Positions 9,264-19,067 of a DNA stretch of 64,000 bases are shown piece after piece. Source of the DNA: an uncultured Synechococcus sp. GTDB lineage: Bacteria > Cyanobacteriota > Cyanobacteriia > PCC-6307 > Cyanobiaceae. The notes beneath the pieces were generated by a model. The model searched no databases. It worked only from the letters and a program-made list of their open reading frames with translations, and had not been told where the DNA came from. Both the position numbers and the translations under genes were made by a program. The DNA lies in NCBI GenBank assembly GCA_903855705.1, contig CAINZT010000103.1, positions 1,105 to 65,104 of the forward strand, given 5' to 3'. The first letter of the stretch is position 1, and each line of letters begins with the position of its first letter.

Positions 9264-10724
9264 TCAGAGGCTGCGGCGGATGCGCGCAGCCGCCTCGCCG
9301 CTGGGTTGGAGTAGGAGCCAGGTGCTCAATAGGTCGGGGCCTTGAAGGCTGCCGAGCAGGGCGGCCCGCAGGGTTTTCATCAACACCCCCTTCTTGACCC
9401 CGGCAGCGGCCACCGCCTCGGTCAACAGGGCTTGGGCCTGCTCAAGGGTCAAGGGTCCCTCAGCTAGGCGCTCGAATAGGGCTTGCAGGGCCTCGCGGGC
9501 CCCCGCACTCTGCAGTTGGCTGACGGCGGCTTCACTGAGCTCGGGCCGGCTGAAGAAGGGCCGGGCCTGGTCGATGCCATCTCGCAAGGTGACCAGGGAA
9601 GGGCCGATCAGGCCACAGAGCGACTCCAGCCAGGCCTGATCGGGGCCGGCAGCAGCAGCATCTCCCATGGGATCCAGCCAACCCTCAACCGCCCAGAGGG
9701 GTTGCAAGGCGGCCCGTAAGTCCGCTGGGCTTAGGTCATGGAGCACCTGGCTGTTCAACCAGTTGAGCTTGTCCCAGTCGAAACGGGCTCCGGCCTTGTT
9801 GACCCGATCAAAATCGAACAGGGGGGCGGCCTCCGCCAGGCTGAAGCGCTCGCCCATGCCCTCCGGCGGTGACCAGCCCAGCAGGGTCATGTAATTGGCC
9901 AGGGCGGCGGGGCTGTAGCCCTGGGCGCGGAAATCGCCCACGGAGGTGACCCCATCGCGTTTGGACAGTTTCTTGCCCTCTTTGTTGAGGATCAGGGGCG
10001 TGTGGGCAAAGACCGGCAGGTCCAGGCCCAGGGCCTCGTAGAGCAGGATTTGCTTGGCTGTGTTGGCGATGTGGTCTTCACCGCGGATCACGTGGCTGAT
10101 CGCCATGGCGGCGTCATCCACCACCACCACAAGGTTGTACAGGGGATCACCGATCTGGTCGGCGGGGGCCCGGCGGGCAATCACCATGTCGCCGCCAAGG
10201 TCGGCGCCGGCCCAGCGCATTTCGCCCCGCACCAAATCGGTCCAGCCAATGCTGGCGCCATCGTCGATGCGGAAGCGCACCGTGGCCTGGCGCCCTTCGG
10301 CGACGTAGGCCTGCTGCTGCTCAGGGCTCAGGTCGCGGTGACGGTTGTCGTAGCGGGGAGGCTTGTTTTCTGCCGCCTGACGTTCGCGCATCTCCTGGAG
10401 CTCGGTCTCGCTGGCGTAGCAGCGGTAGGCATGGCCAGACGCCAGCAGCTGGACGATGGCGGCGCGATGGGCCTCAATGCGCTCGCTTTGAACCACCGGC
10501 TCCCCATCCCAGGCCAGCCCGAGCCATTGCAGGCCTTCGAGGATGTTGGCGGTGAATTCGGGCTTGCTACGTTCCCGGTCGGTGTCCTCGATCCGAAGCA
10601 AGAATTGGCCGCCGTGGCGTTTGGCGAACAGCCAGTTGAACACCGCCGTGCGGGCGGTGCCGATGTGGAGGGTGCCGGTGGGGCTAGGAGCCAGACGGAC
10701 ACGCACCGAACCAGTGTTCGCCAT
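9264..10724 (-). CDS. gltX: glutamyl-tRNA synthetase
   Basis: Class I motifs: HIGTARTA (HIGH) near the N-terminus and KLSKRDG (KMSKS). Length 486 aa. Confidence 0.92.
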   Translation of the reverse strand: MANTGSVRVRLAPSPTGTLHIGTARTAVFNWLFAKRHGGQFLLRIEDTDRERSKPEFTANILEGLQWLGLAWDGEPVVQSERIEAHRAAIVQLLASGHAYRCYASETELQEMRERQAAENKPPRYDNRHRDLSPEQQQAYVAEGRQATVRFRIDDGASIGWTDLVRGEMRWAGADLGGDMVIARRAPADQIGDPLYNLVVVVDDAAMAISHVIRGEDHIANTAKQILLYEALGLDLPVFAHTPLILNKEGKKLSKRDGVTSVGDFRAQGYSPAALANYMTLLGWSPPEGMGERFSLAEAAPLFDFDRVNKAGARFDWDKLNWLNSQVLHDLSPADLRAALQPLWAVEGWLDPMGDAAAAGPDQAWLESLCGLIGPSLVTLRDGIDQARPFFSRPELSEAAVSQLQSAGAREALQALFERLAEGPLTLEQAQALLTEAVAAAGVKKGVLMKTLRAALLGSLQGPDLLSTWLLLQPSGEAAARIRRSL

Positions 10725-10765
10725 GGTCGCGTGACTCCTAAGTGGATTGAACAGGTTGGTTTGAA

Positions 10766-10839
10766 CGGGACTGACGGGGCTCGAACCCGCAACTTCCGCC
10801 GTGACAGGGCGGTGCTCTAACCGATTGAACTACAGTCCC
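10766..10839 (-). tRNA. tRNA-Asp: tRNA-Asp (GTC)
   Basis: The reverse complement folds as a cloverleaf by hand: acceptor GGGACTG/CAGTCCC, D-stem GTTC/GAGC, anticodon stem CCGCC/GGCGG with loop CTGTCAC (GTC), and T-arm GCGGG-TTCGAGC-CCCGT. 74 nt, with no encoded CCA. Confidence 0.93.
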
Positions 10840-11023
10840 AAGTTGGTTTTGAAACCAGCTTTGTTTGGTATTACAACCAAAACCACAGATTGGCCTGAAG
10901 CCAGATCTGGACCGCCCGGGCAACAGCTGCTGCCCTGCGCTTCGAACAGTATCCGCTGCGACGGGCCCCTGCGTCAACCAGTTGGTTGCACCGGAGGCGC
11001 CCCCCAAACAAGGCAACAGACCA

Positions 11024-11067
11024 TCAAAAATCCCCTGACCGGGCTCTGGGGGAGCGCGATCAGGGGA
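11024..11067 (-). terminator. putative rho-independent terminator downstream of the 62-aa ORF
   Basis: On the minus strand there is an 8-bp stem TCCCCTGA/TCAGGGGA (11060-11067 / 11031-11038) with an inner GCTC/GAGC sub-stem, followed by TTTTT (plus-strand A-run 11026-11030). Confidence 0.5.
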
Positions 11068-11110
11068 CAGGCGTTAGGTGCCAGGAAAGCACCAAAAACA
11101 ACGGATGGTG

Positions 11111-11299
11111 TCAGGGACGGAAGCCGGCCGGTTCAATCAGGCGAACCTGATTTCCCCGGGCCGTGAATTCCCGACCCTGGTCGCTCTGAACAACGACTCG
11201 ACCACCGGATTTGACACGGATCACCCGAGCCCGAACCCAGCCAAGGGCTGCGGACTCGAGAACTTTGACCACATCACCAGGCTGTAGATCCAACTCCAT
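11111..11299 (-). CDS. small hypothetical protein (62 aa), possibly SH3/KOW-like
   Basis: The track ORF (to 11365) overlaps tRNA-Trp, so the internal ATG at 11299 is used (MELDLQPGDVVKVLESAALGWVRARVIRVK...). A terminator hairpin follows. Confidence 0.45.
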   Translation of the reverse strand: MELDLQPGDVVKVLESAALGWVRARVIRVKSGGRVVVQSDQGREFTARGNQVRLIEPAGFRP

Positions 11300-11335
11300 G
11301 TCCGGAACCACGAAACTGCAGGAGGGGGAATCGGA

Positions 11336-11408
11336 CGCGCCGTGGAGGACTTGAACCCCCGGCATCAGGTTTTGGAGACCTGCGTTCTACCAACTGAACT
11401 AACGGCGC
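11336..11408 (-). tRNA. tRNA-Trp: tRNA-Trp (CCA)
   Basis: The reverse complement has acceptor GCGCCGT/ACGGCGC, D-arm GTTC-AGTTGGT-AGAAC, anticodon stem CAGGT/ACCTG with loop CTCCAAA (CCA), and T-arm GGGGG-TTCAAGT-CCTCC. 73 nt. Confidence 0.93.
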
Positions 11409-11477
11409 AAGGCGATCCCCCCCACGGTCAAGGCCCATGCAAGATGGACATTGACCTGAACAAATGAGGCGTAAGCC

Positions 11478-11963
11478 TCAGCGATCGAAGCGCTGCTTGA
11501 CGCGAGTGGCCTTGCCCACCCGATCGCGCAGATAAAAGAGCTTCGCTCTACGCACCTTACCGCGCCGCTCCACCTTGATGGAAGCGACTTGGGGGCTATG
11601 CAGCATGAAGACACGCTCCACGCCAACCCCCTGGAAGATGCGACGCACGGTGATGGTCTCATTGAGACCGCCGTGGCGCTTAGCAATCACAACACCCTCG
11701 TAGGGCTGGATGCGTTCCTTGTTGCCTTCACTGATGCGCACACCAACGCGGACGGTATCGCCCACGTAGATGTCGGGCAGATCGCTCTTGAGCTGATCGG
11801 CTTCGAAAGCCCGGATCAGGTCCTGGGCACTGAGTTTGCCCGTGGTGGCCTTTACAGGCTCCAGGGTTGCCACCGCAGGGGTGCTGGTCTCCAAGCTGGT
11901 CTCCACCGTGGTGGTCTCCGTCTCGCTGGTCATGTCATTGATCTCGTTGGAATCCGCTGCCAT
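11478..11963 (-). CDS. rplS: 50S ribosomal protein L19
   Basis: The conserved L19 core is present ([36 protein letters not shown]...RRAKLFYLR). ATG 11963 was chosen because GGAG lies 5 nt upstream. The ORF is open to 11996. Confidence 0.9.
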   Translation of the reverse strand: MAADSNEINDMTSETETTTVETSLETSTPAVATLEPVKATTGKLSAQDLIRAFEADQLKSDLPDIYVGDTVRVGVRISEGNKERIQPYEGVVIAKRHGGLNETITVRRIFQGVGVERVFMLHSPQVASIKVERRGKVRRAKLFYLRDRVGKATRVKQRFDR

Positions 11964-12029
11964 CCCAGCTCCGAAAGACGCCTGGCCAAACAACAAGTGT
12001 ACCGCTCAGGCAGACCCACCCTTGGCTGC

Positions 12030-12383
12030 TCATGGGCCGGGTTCGGCTGGCCGGCTGGGTTCGGCAGACCGGCCAACCCGCTGGCCCTGGCGCCAGCGTT
12101 GCAGCACCAGGGTGGCCCCCGTGATCAGCATCCAGAGCAGGCCCAGGCCGTTAAGCAACACATAAATGGGTTCGAGGGCCTTGCCGAGCCATTCGCCCTC
12201 ATGCAGCACCATCAGCAGATGCACCTGGTCCCGGCCCAGGCCGGCCCAGTCCTTGAGCAGCCTGTAGGCCATGCCACTGCACACCGTGATCAGGAGGGGG
12301 GCCAAAACAAACGGAGCCACCGCCCCATGGAGCCGGCGGAACTGCTGGAACCTCTGAGGCGTCAGCCCAGGCAGGGACATCAC
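12030..12383 (-). CDS. hypothetical membrane protein (117 aa)
   Basis: Two clear hydrophobic helices (VAPFVLAPLLITVCSGMAY; IYVLLNGLGLLWMLITGATLVL). No enzymatic motif recognised. Confidence 0.5.
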   Translation of the reverse strand: MMSLPGLTPQRFQQFRRLHGAVAPFVLAPLLITVCSGMAYRLLKDWAGLGRDQVHLLMVLHEGEWLGKALEPIYVLLNGLGLLWMLITGATLVLQRWRQGQRVGRSAEPSRPAEPGP

Positions 12384-12455
12384 AGGGCGGGAACGGGGCG
12401 GACAACAGGGAACCGGCCTCCCGTTCTACCTTGACAATCGGCCCTGGACCTTTCG

Positions 12456-13334
12456 ATGAATCTTTTCGCTGATCTGCTGGCCACCACCAACCGTCAAGCG
12501 GCCGCCAGCCCGTCAGCAGCGGCCCAGGCGGCCGCCACCCAGACCGGCCCCCGCATCCAGAAGGGGCGCCGGGGGGTGGAAATCAAATCGGCCCGTGAAA
12601 TTGCGATCATGCGCAAGGCCAGCCGAATCGTGGCAACCGTGCTGCGGGAAATCAGCGAGCTGGCCGCTCCGGGTATGACCACCGCTGACCTGGATCGCCA
12701 CGCTGAGCAGCGGATCCGGGAAATGGGGGCCACCCCCAGCTTCAAGGGCTACCACGGCTTTCCCGCCAGCATCTGCGCCTCGATCAACCATGAAGTCGTG
12801 CATGGAATCCCCAGCAGCAAACGGGTGATCCGCTCCGGTGACCTGGTCAAAATCGACACGGGCGCCTACTTCGAGGGCTACCACGGCGACAGCTGCATCA
12901 GTCTCTGCGTCGGCGAAGGGGCTAGTGAAGAAGCCCAGCGGCTCACCCGGGTGGCCCAGGAGTCGCTAATGAAAGGCCTGGCCCGCATCAAGGCCGGCAA
13001 CAGCCTGCTGGATATCGCCGGCGCCGTGCAGGACCACGTCGAAGCCCATGGCTACGCAGTGGTGGAGGACTACACCGGCCATGGCGTGGGCCGCAACCTG
13101 CATGAGGAGCCCTCGGTGTTCAACTTCCGCACCCGGGACCTCCCCAACATGACCCTGAGGGCCGGCATGACCCTGGCGGTGGAACCCATCCTCAATGCCG
13201 GCAGCAAGGCCTGCCGCACCCTCAAGGACCGCTGGACCGTGGTAACGGAAGACGGCAGCCTCTCGGCCCAGTGGGAGCACACCATCGCCGTGACCAGCGA
13301 CGGCTGTGAAATCCTCACCGACCGAGATTTCTAA
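12456..13334 (+). CDS. map: type I methionine aminopeptidase
   Basis: Pita-bread fold motifs are present ([69 protein letters not shown]), preceded by a ~45-aa N-terminal extension. Confidence 0.9.
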   Translation: MNLFADLLATTNRQAAASPSAAAQAAATQTGPRIQKGRRGVEIKSAREIAIMRKASRIVATVLREISELAAPGMTTADLDRHAEQRIREMGATPSFKGYHGFPASICASINHEVVHGIPSSKRVIRSGDLVKIDTGAYFEGYHGDSCISLCVGEGASEEAQRLTRVAQESLMKGLARIKAGNSLLDIAGAVQDHVEAHGYAVVEDYTGHGVGRNLHEEPSVFNFRTRDLPNMTLRAGMTLAVEPILNAGSKACRTLKDRWTVVTEDGSLSAQWEHTIAVTSDGCEILTDRDF

Positions 13335-13339
13335 GCCGA

Positions 13340-14110
13340 TCAGGCTGGGGACTGGTGCCCGGGCCGGCTGAAGAGGCCCATGTAGATCCAACGGATCAGC
13401 GCCACCAAGGGCATCAAGACATAGGTAAGGGGGTTGGGCGTGACGATGATCAACCCCCAGTCCCAAGCGGCCAGCCTCAGAACGGCCTGGGCCACAAAAG
13501 CGGCACCCATAACCCCGATCGGATTGAGGTTGGAGCGGAAAGGTCCCAGCACCAGCCGGCGAATGCGCAATTTCGGACCGGCAAGATCGAAGGCCCTCAG
13601 GCTGATCAACTGACCCAGCAGCCGCTTGCTGATCTCGTAGAGGGGGCTCACGGCCGGCAGGATTTCCGCCTCGGAGCTGTTGATCCAGACCTCGCGGCGG
13701 GGCGGCTCCCCTGGGCCTGGCTTCACGGAACCATTGGGGTCCTGGGCTGCTGAGGCAAAGAGCTCAAGCAAGCGAATGCTGCTGAGGGCATTCACCTCAA
13801 GGGAGCGTTCCAGGGCAGCGGCACTGCGATCGGCATGGGCATTGATCCCGTGGTTGATCACGAGGATGTCGATGTGGCTGAGCAGCTCGCTGAGCTCGGC
13901 TTCTTGGCCGCAGCGCCAGCTGCGCTGCTCCAGGGGAATGGGGTCTCCGCTGGCTGACATCAGCTGCAGGGGCTCGGAGCTGGTGGTGAGGGCCACCAGG
14001 CTGGCGCCGCAGCTGTGAAAGGCCCTCAACAACTCCCTCCCCAGGCTGCCGCTGGCACCGGTGATGGCAACGCGCCGGCCCGCGAATGGACTGCTGCGAC
14101 CAGCGGACAT
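13340..14110 (-). CDS. short-chain dehydrogenase/reductase-like protein with hydrophobic C-terminus
   Basis: N-terminal Rossmann motif VAITGASGSLGREL and NHGIN, plus a C-terminal membrane-like segment. Confidence 0.65.
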   Translation of the reverse strand: MSAGRSSPFAGRRVAITGASGSLGRELLRAFHSCGASLVALTTSSEPLQLMSASGDPIPLEQRSWRCGQEAELSELLSHIDILVINHGINAHADRSAAALERSLEVNALSSIRLLELFASAAQDPNGSVKPGPGEPPRREVWINSSEAEILPAVSPLYEISKRLLGQLISLRAFDLAGPKLRIRRLVLGPFRSNLNPIGVMGAAFVAQAVLRLAAWDWGLIIVTPNPLTYVLMPLVALIRWIYMGLFSRPGHQSPA

Positions 14111-14170
14111 CAGGCTCCCCTCGTATCAAGCTTCAGCATGCGCCATCCTTGAAGCCGAGAGCTCGACTTG

Positions 14171-14701
14171 ATGGAGAGGGATCTGAACGATCGTGAAGCC
14201 CAGGTGGCCCTTTACGCCCCCTATTGCGAAGGGCTTGAAAAGCCCCAGCAGCTGGACCAGGCTTTAGAGGTGCTTGCCGCCGGCCGATTCAACGGCAGTC
14301 GCCGCCTCAAACCCGATGGCAATCACCCCTATGAACTCTCCTGGCTCCACGGAGACTCACCCCAGGAGCCCTGCCGCTGCCAGCTGATCTTTCCAGCGTT
14401 CACGTCTGTCACTTACCAGTTTTCCTTGCCCACGGCCCAGCTGGTGCTTTGGCTGATGGAAGCCTTTGAGCACCGGGCCGGCCCTCTCCCCAGGCCTGCA
14501 GGTGTGCAGATCCCTCCCCCACCCCAGCCAGCTTCAGGCCCCTATGTCCCGGGGCTGCCAGCTCCCGCCTTGCCCCCACCGCCCCTGCCTTTTGGGGTAC
14601 CGGCCCAGGCAGCCGATCGGAACGTAGGCCCCTTGGATCTGCCCGATAGTTTCTGGTGCTGGTTACTCGTGGGGGTCTTACCCGCCGATCGATCCGCCTA
14701 G
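14171..14701 (+). CDS. hypothetical protein with Pro-rich C-terminal half
   Basis: Intact ORF (TTG 14168 / ATG 14171). The N-terminal half is protein-like and the C-terminal half is Pro-rich (PPPPQPASGPYVPGLPAPALPPPPLPFG). No motif recognised. Confidence 0.4.
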   Translation: MERDLNDREAQVALYAPYCEGLEKPQQLDQALEVLAAGRFNGSRRLKPDGNHPYELSWLHGDSPQEPCRCQLIFPAFTSVTYQFSLPTAQLVLWLMEAFEHRAGPLPRPAGVQIPPPPQPASGPYVPGLPAPALPPPPLPFGVPAQAADRNVGPLDLPDSFWCWLLVGVLPADRSA

Positions 14702-14737
14702 ATTCGCGCCACCGCAACTGCGCACGGGGCAACCACG

Positions 14738-15967
14738 ATGCCGTCGACCAGGGTTTCCCCTTCCGCCACACCATCAGCCGGTCCGAGTTCCGTTCTGCTG
14801 GTTGGCTCCTGCGAACCCTTCAGTGGTAAGTCGGCTCTGGTCCTTGGTCTGGCACGCCACCTCATGGGGAAGGGGGCCGTGATCAGTTTCGGTAAACCCC
14901 TGGCCACCAGTGATGAAGCGGAACGGCGAGCGGCTAGTGCGGAATCGGAGCGCAGCAGCAGCGCAGGCTCCTCCCAGGGGGAGCGATCCCCGGCAGACCA
15001 GTTGTTGGACAAGGGGTCTGGCAACAGTGAACTGGTCCTTGATGCGGACGTGCGATTTATCGGCGAAATTCTGGGCCTAGGGCCTGACCAGCTCCTGCCC
15101 TCCTTGCATCTCTCTGATCCGAGCACGGCCAGGGATCGGCTGCTCTGCGGTGATCTCGATGCCGGTAGTGGCCTGACCCAGCTCCAGACCCAATTGGCAA
15201 CTGCGGGTCCCGATCGGATCACCCTGTTAGAAGCGGCGGGAAGCTTTTCTGAAGGCCTGCTCTACGGCTTGAGCTTGCCCCAACTGGCCCACCAGCTCCA
15301 GGCTCCTGTTGTGCTCGTGCACCCCTGGAACGATGCCCGCAGTGTCGATCCCCTACTTGAGGCCTTCGGCCAACTCGGGCCCCTGCTGGCTGGGGTGGTG
15401 CTCAACGGGGTCGCGCCCGAGGCCGTTGCCGGCCTGCTTCAGGCTGAAGTGCCAGCCCTGGAACGGCTGGGTATCCCCGTGCTGGGGGTGATGCCCCGTA
15501 GCCCCCTGCTGCGCAGCGTCACCGTGGAGGAACTTGCCCGCCGCCTGGAGGCCAGGGTGCTCTGTTGCCGGGAGCGGCTCGACCTGCTGGTCGAGACCTT
15601 GAGCATCGGCGCCATGAATGTCAATTCCGCCATGGAGTTTTTCCGGCGCCGCCGCAACATGGCCGTCGTGACTGGAGCCGACCGCACCGATATCCAATTG
15701 GCGGCCCTCGAGGCCTCCACCCAGTGCCTGATCCTCACAGGCGCCGGCGAACCGCTGCCCCAGCTGATCTCCCGCGCTGAAGAGCTCGACGTCCCATTGC
15801 TGAAGGTCGACCATGACACCCTGACCACGGTCGAAGTGATCGAGCGCACCTTTGGCCACGTCCGCCTCAACGAATCGGTCAAGGCCACCTATGCCTTCCG
15901 GCTGGTGGAGGAGCACTGCCAGTTCGATCGCCTCGATGCGCGACTGCACTTGCCGGTTCCGGCCTGA
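14738..15967 (+). CDS. phosphotransacetylase-N-terminal-like protein (CobQ/MinD-like P-loop + DRTGG domain)
   Basis: P-loop-like GSCEPFSGKSALVLGLARHL, and a DRTGG signature VVTGADRTDIQLAALE...LILTGAG. Confidence 0.7.
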   Translation: MPSTRVSPSATPSAGPSSVLLVGSCEPFSGKSALVLGLARHLMGKGAVISFGKPLATSDEAERRAASAESERSSSAGSSQGERSPADQLLDKGSGNSELVLDADVRFIGEILGLGPDQLLPSLHLSDPSTARDRLLCGDLDAGSGLTQLQTQLATAGPDRITLLEAAGSFSEGLLYGLSLPQLAHQLQAPVVLVHPWNDARSVDPLLEAFGQLGPLLAGVVLNGVAPEAVAGLLQAEVPALERLGIPVLGVMPRSPLLRSVTVEELARRLEARVLCCRERLDLLVETLSIGAMNVNSAMEFFRRRRNMAVVTGADRTDIQLAALEASTQCLILTGAGEPLPQLISRAEELDVPLLKVDHDTLTTVEVIERTFGHVRLNESVKATYAFRLVEEHCQFDRLDARLHLPVPA

Positions 15968-16038
15968 AGCAGGCCTCGTTTTCGCAAGCACCACGAGCTC
16001 ATCACTGCTAGTTTCACAATGCAAATAGAGGGCGATTA

Positions 16039-16551
16039 GTGACCCGGTCCCTAGATCTCCCTGCCATGGACCGCATCGACACCCTGGCCCAGGAGCTGGC
16101 CTTACTCCAGGATCGGGGCAAGCGTCGCATCGCCATCCTGGGCAGCCGCCATGTGCCTGTGGTGTCGGTGCATCTGGTGGAGCTGGTGGCCCGCTCCCTC
16201 GCCCAGGAAGGCCACAGCCTGGTCACCTCCGGAGCCCTCGGTGTGAACTCGGCCGTGATTCGCAGTGTGCTGGATGTGGATCCAGCCCGCCTCACCGTGT
16301 TGCTGCCCCAAAGCCTCGATCGCCAACCCAGCGAATCCCGGGAGCAACTGGAGCGGGTGTTGAATTTGGTCGAAAAGCCGGAACACGACGAGTTGCCCCT
16401 GCCGATGGCCAGCAGCCTCTGCAACCAGGAAATCATCAGCCGTTGTGACCAGCTGATCTGCTACGCCTTCCACGACAGCGAAACCCTGCTGGCCAGTTGC
16501 CGCATCGCCGAAGACATGGGCAAGGTTGTCAGTCTGATGTTCTTTGACTGA
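16039..16551 (+). CDS. DprA/LOG-like Rossmann-fold protein (DNA recombination-mediator protein A-like)
   Basis: RIAILGSRHVP...LVTSGALGVNSAVIRSVL resembles the DprA/Smf core. Start ambiguous (GTG 16039 or ATG 16066). Confidence 0.5.
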   Translation: MTRSLDLPAMDRIDTLAQELALLQDRGKRRIAILGSRHVPVVSVHLVELVARSLAQEGHSLVTSGALGVNSAVIRSVLDVDPARLTVLLPQSLDRQPSESREQLERVLNLVEKPEHDELPLPMASSLCNQEIISRCDQLICYAFHDSETLLASCRIAEDMGKVVSLMFFD

Positions 16552-17098
16552 GGCTGGCAACCAACGTCAGGCTGCGATCCCATCTGCTCGGGATTGGGCC
16601 CGGACCATCAGACCAGCCCGCTCCGCGCAAAAGACTGTCGTCGAAAGGATGGGGTTCCACCTTTTTCAAGGACAGGTCGCCCGTCTGAGCGAGATTCACT
16701 CCGCCAAGCGCAGGCCCCGGCCAAGCAAGGGACCCAGGACCTGGGCAGCAACGAGGCCAGTCAATTCGACCTCCTCAGGGGGCATCGCTCCAGGGGCAAG
16801 CGGGGCCTCAGCCAGCGCTGAAAAATGCAAACCTTGGTGGCCATTCAAGCTCCGAAGGGATTGCAACAACTCAGGAAAACGTCTGGTTTGGAGCAGAGCT
16901 GTCGCAGCCCCAATGAACCAAGACCAACACCATGTGGGCCCAAAGCTGCCCAATCAGGGCTTAGGCCAAGACCATTGCCTGCTTTGGCAGCAACGCCCGA
17001 TTCCCATCGACCCTAAACCTGCTGACAGGTAGCCCAACCAGAAACCCTGGACGGGCTGCCCAGGCTGGGGGGGTTTAGCTGAATCCAGGCCCCTGGAT

Positions 17099-17554
17099 CT
17101 AGGTCCCATCCCCAGGCGATTCACGGGCGAGCACCTGCAGGCGGATCCCTTCTCTGCCCAGCACGCTGACGCGGTTGCCAATCGCCAGCCCCCGTGACGG
17201 TTCGAGATTGACCGCCGCCCAGCTCTGACCCTGCCAGCGCACCCGACCCAGGCCCTCCCGATCAAAGGCTGCGATCACTTCGGCCTGGTCGGCCGAGGCC
17301 GCCGGCGCAATGGCCCTCGCGCCCTGACGACGGGACCAACGCCGCAGCAGTCCATAACCGCCGCCAGAAACCCCAGCAAAAAAGATCAGTTGGCCCACCA
17401 GGGGAACCGACGGCGCCAGGCTGGTGACGAGTACCAGCAGCAGTCCGCAGAGGCCCAGAACCAGCAGCAGGCCGTCACTGTCCGCCCCCAGCAACACCAG
17501 GACAAGGGCCAGGGCCGCCAGGAGCAACCAAAGCAGGGGAGGCGCCAGAGCCAT
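17099..17554 (-). CDS. NfeD-family membrane protein
   Basis: N-terminal TM helices and a C-terminal OB-like NfeD segment (GRVRWQGQSWAAVNLEPSRGLAIGNRVSVLGREGIRLQV). The internal ATG 17554 opens directly onto the hydrophobic region. Confidence 0.7.
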   Translation of the reverse strand: MALAPPLLWLLLAALALVLVLLGADSDGLLLVLGLCGLLLVLVTSLAPSVPLVGQLIFFAGVSGGGYGLLRRWSRRQGARAIAPAASADQAEVIAAFDREGLGRVRWQGQSWAAVNLEPSRGLAIGNRVSVLGREGIRLQVLARESPGDGT

Positions 17555-17662
17555 GCAGGAAACAGCCGAAGGAAGGGTGCACAGGATTCGGCTGGTTCCA
17601 GGGAACCAGCTCCAGGCCGATCGCTCCACTGTGCCTAGATTTCAGCCCGTTGCCCCCAAGCC

Positions 17663-18574
17663 ATGGAAGCCCTAGTTCCGGTCGTGCTGGCCTTGCTCGC
17701 AGGCCTTGGCTTTGGCAGTTTGCGCGTCACCAGCAGCAGCCGCTCCATGCTGGTGGAACGACTTGGCAAATACAACCGCCAGCTAACTCCGGGCCTGTCC
17801 CTGGTGCTTCCCGGCATTGAGCGGGTGGTGAGTCATGAGTCTTTGAAGGAACGGGTGCTCGACATCCCGCCCCAGCAGTGCATCACCCGCGACAACGTGT
17901 CCATTGAGGTGGATGCCGTGGTCTATTGGCAATTGCTTGAGCATGCCCGCGCCTATTACGCCGTCGACAACCTGCAGGCGGCGATGGTGAATGTGGTGTT
18001 GACCCAGATCCGGGCCGAGATGGGCAAGCTCGACCTCGACCAAACCTTCACCACCCGCTCGGAAATCAATGATGTGCTGCTGCGCGAACTCGACCAGGCC
18101 ACCGACCCCTGGGGAGTGAAGGTAACCCGGGTCGAACTGCGGGACATCCAGCCGTCCCATGGGGTGCAGCAGGCGATGGAGCAGCAGATGACCGCCGAAC
18201 GGGAGAAGCGGGCCTCAATCCTGCGCTCCGAGGGTGAGAGGGAGTCCCAGATCAACGCCGCCCGCGGCAGGGCCGAAGCCCTGGTGCTTGATGCAAAGGC
18301 CAAACAGGAGGCCCTGCTGCTGGAGGCCGATGCCCAGGCCAAGCAGCAGGGCCTGCTGGCCAGGGCCCGGGCCGACGCCGCCACCCAACTGGCCGAGGCG
18401 ATCGAGGCCCATCCCGCCGCCGCCGAGAGCCTGCGGTTGCTGCTGGCCAAGGACTGGATCGCCATGGGCGAACAGCTCTCCAAAGCCCCGGGGGGCTCGG
18501 TGCTGCTGGTGGATCCCCAGAGCCCCGCCTCCCTGCTCACGGCCCTCCAGGGCCTGCAGAACCAGAAGGGCTAG
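17663..18574 (+). CDS. SPFH/band-7 (stomatin/prohibitin-like) protein
   Basis: N-terminal TM segment, then the SPFH core (VVERLGKYNRQLTPGL...DNVSIEVDAVVYWQ...WGVKVTRVELRDIQP) and a coiled-coil A/E/Q-rich tail. Confidence 0.88.
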   Translation: MEALVPVVLALLAGLGFGSLRVTSSSRSMLVERLGKYNRQLTPGLSLVLPGIERVVSHESLKERVLDIPPQQCITRDNVSIEVDAVVYWQLLEHARAYYAVDNLQAAMVNVVLTQIRAEMGKLDLDQTFTTRSEINDVLLRELDQATDPWGVKVTRVELRDIQPSHGVQQAMEQQMTAEREKRASILRSEGERESQINAARGRAEALVLDAKAKQEALLLEADAQAKQQGLLARARADAATQLAEAIEAHPAAAESLRLLLAKDWIAMGEQLSKAPGGSVLLVDPQSPASLLTALQGLQNQKG

Positions 18575-18602
18575 GGCCTTGGTCCCCCATTGCCGGGATC
18601 AA

Positions 18603-19067
18603 TCAGTTCGCCAACAGCACCAGCAGGCCTGCCCCGTAGAGCAGGGAGCTGCAGAACAGGGCCGTTGCCCAGCAGAGCGAGCGCAGCAGTGGCTTGTTGC
18701 CGACGTAGGCGCCGATATAAACGAGCCTCAACAGCGGATGCAGCAGCGCCGCCGCTGCCGCCCAGGGAGCCGTCACCCCCACCAGCAGGCAGAGCAAGGC
18801 CGCCGGGGCATGGAGCACGAAGGCCTCGAAACAATTCTGATGGGCCCAACTGGCCCGCTGGCCCCAGCCGGGCAGCCGCTCAAACATCGCCCGGGGGGCG
18901 GCGATGTCGGCCATCGTGAAATTGGATTGGGACCGGGCCGCCCCCAGGGGCACGATGCTCACCACCACCACCCCAGCAGCCAGCACTAGGGACCAGGCGA
19001 AGGGCGCCAAGGCCGTGGAGGCCGTGGGGCCCAGCAGGGCCTGCGACGCGAGAGCAAAGGGGATCAA
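18603..19067 (-). CDS. MAPEG-family membrane protein
   Basis: Four-helix membrane protein with the MAPEG-like segment RAHQNCFEAFVLHAPAALL...LHPLLRLVYIGAYV. Confidence 0.65.
   Translation of the reverse strand: MIPFALASQALLGPTASTALAPFAWSLVLAAGVVVVSIVPLGAARSQSNFTMADIAAPRAMFERLPGWGQRASWAHQNCFEAFVLHAPAALLCLLVGVTAPWAAAAALLHPLLRLVYIGAYVGNKPLLRSLCWATALFCSSLLYGAGLLVLLAN

Noticed and set aside
10002-10820. 272-aa plus-strand ORF antisense to gltX and running through tRNA-Asp
   Set aside because: It overlaps a motif-verified aaRS and a tRNA, and has no motifs of its own.
16544-17032. 162-aa plus-strand ORF in the DprA-like/NfeD gap
   Set aside because: Its composition is Arg/Pro/Ser/Lys-rich and noise-like, it overlaps the end of the preceding gene, and it has no recognisable domain. 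It is noted only as part of the gap finding.
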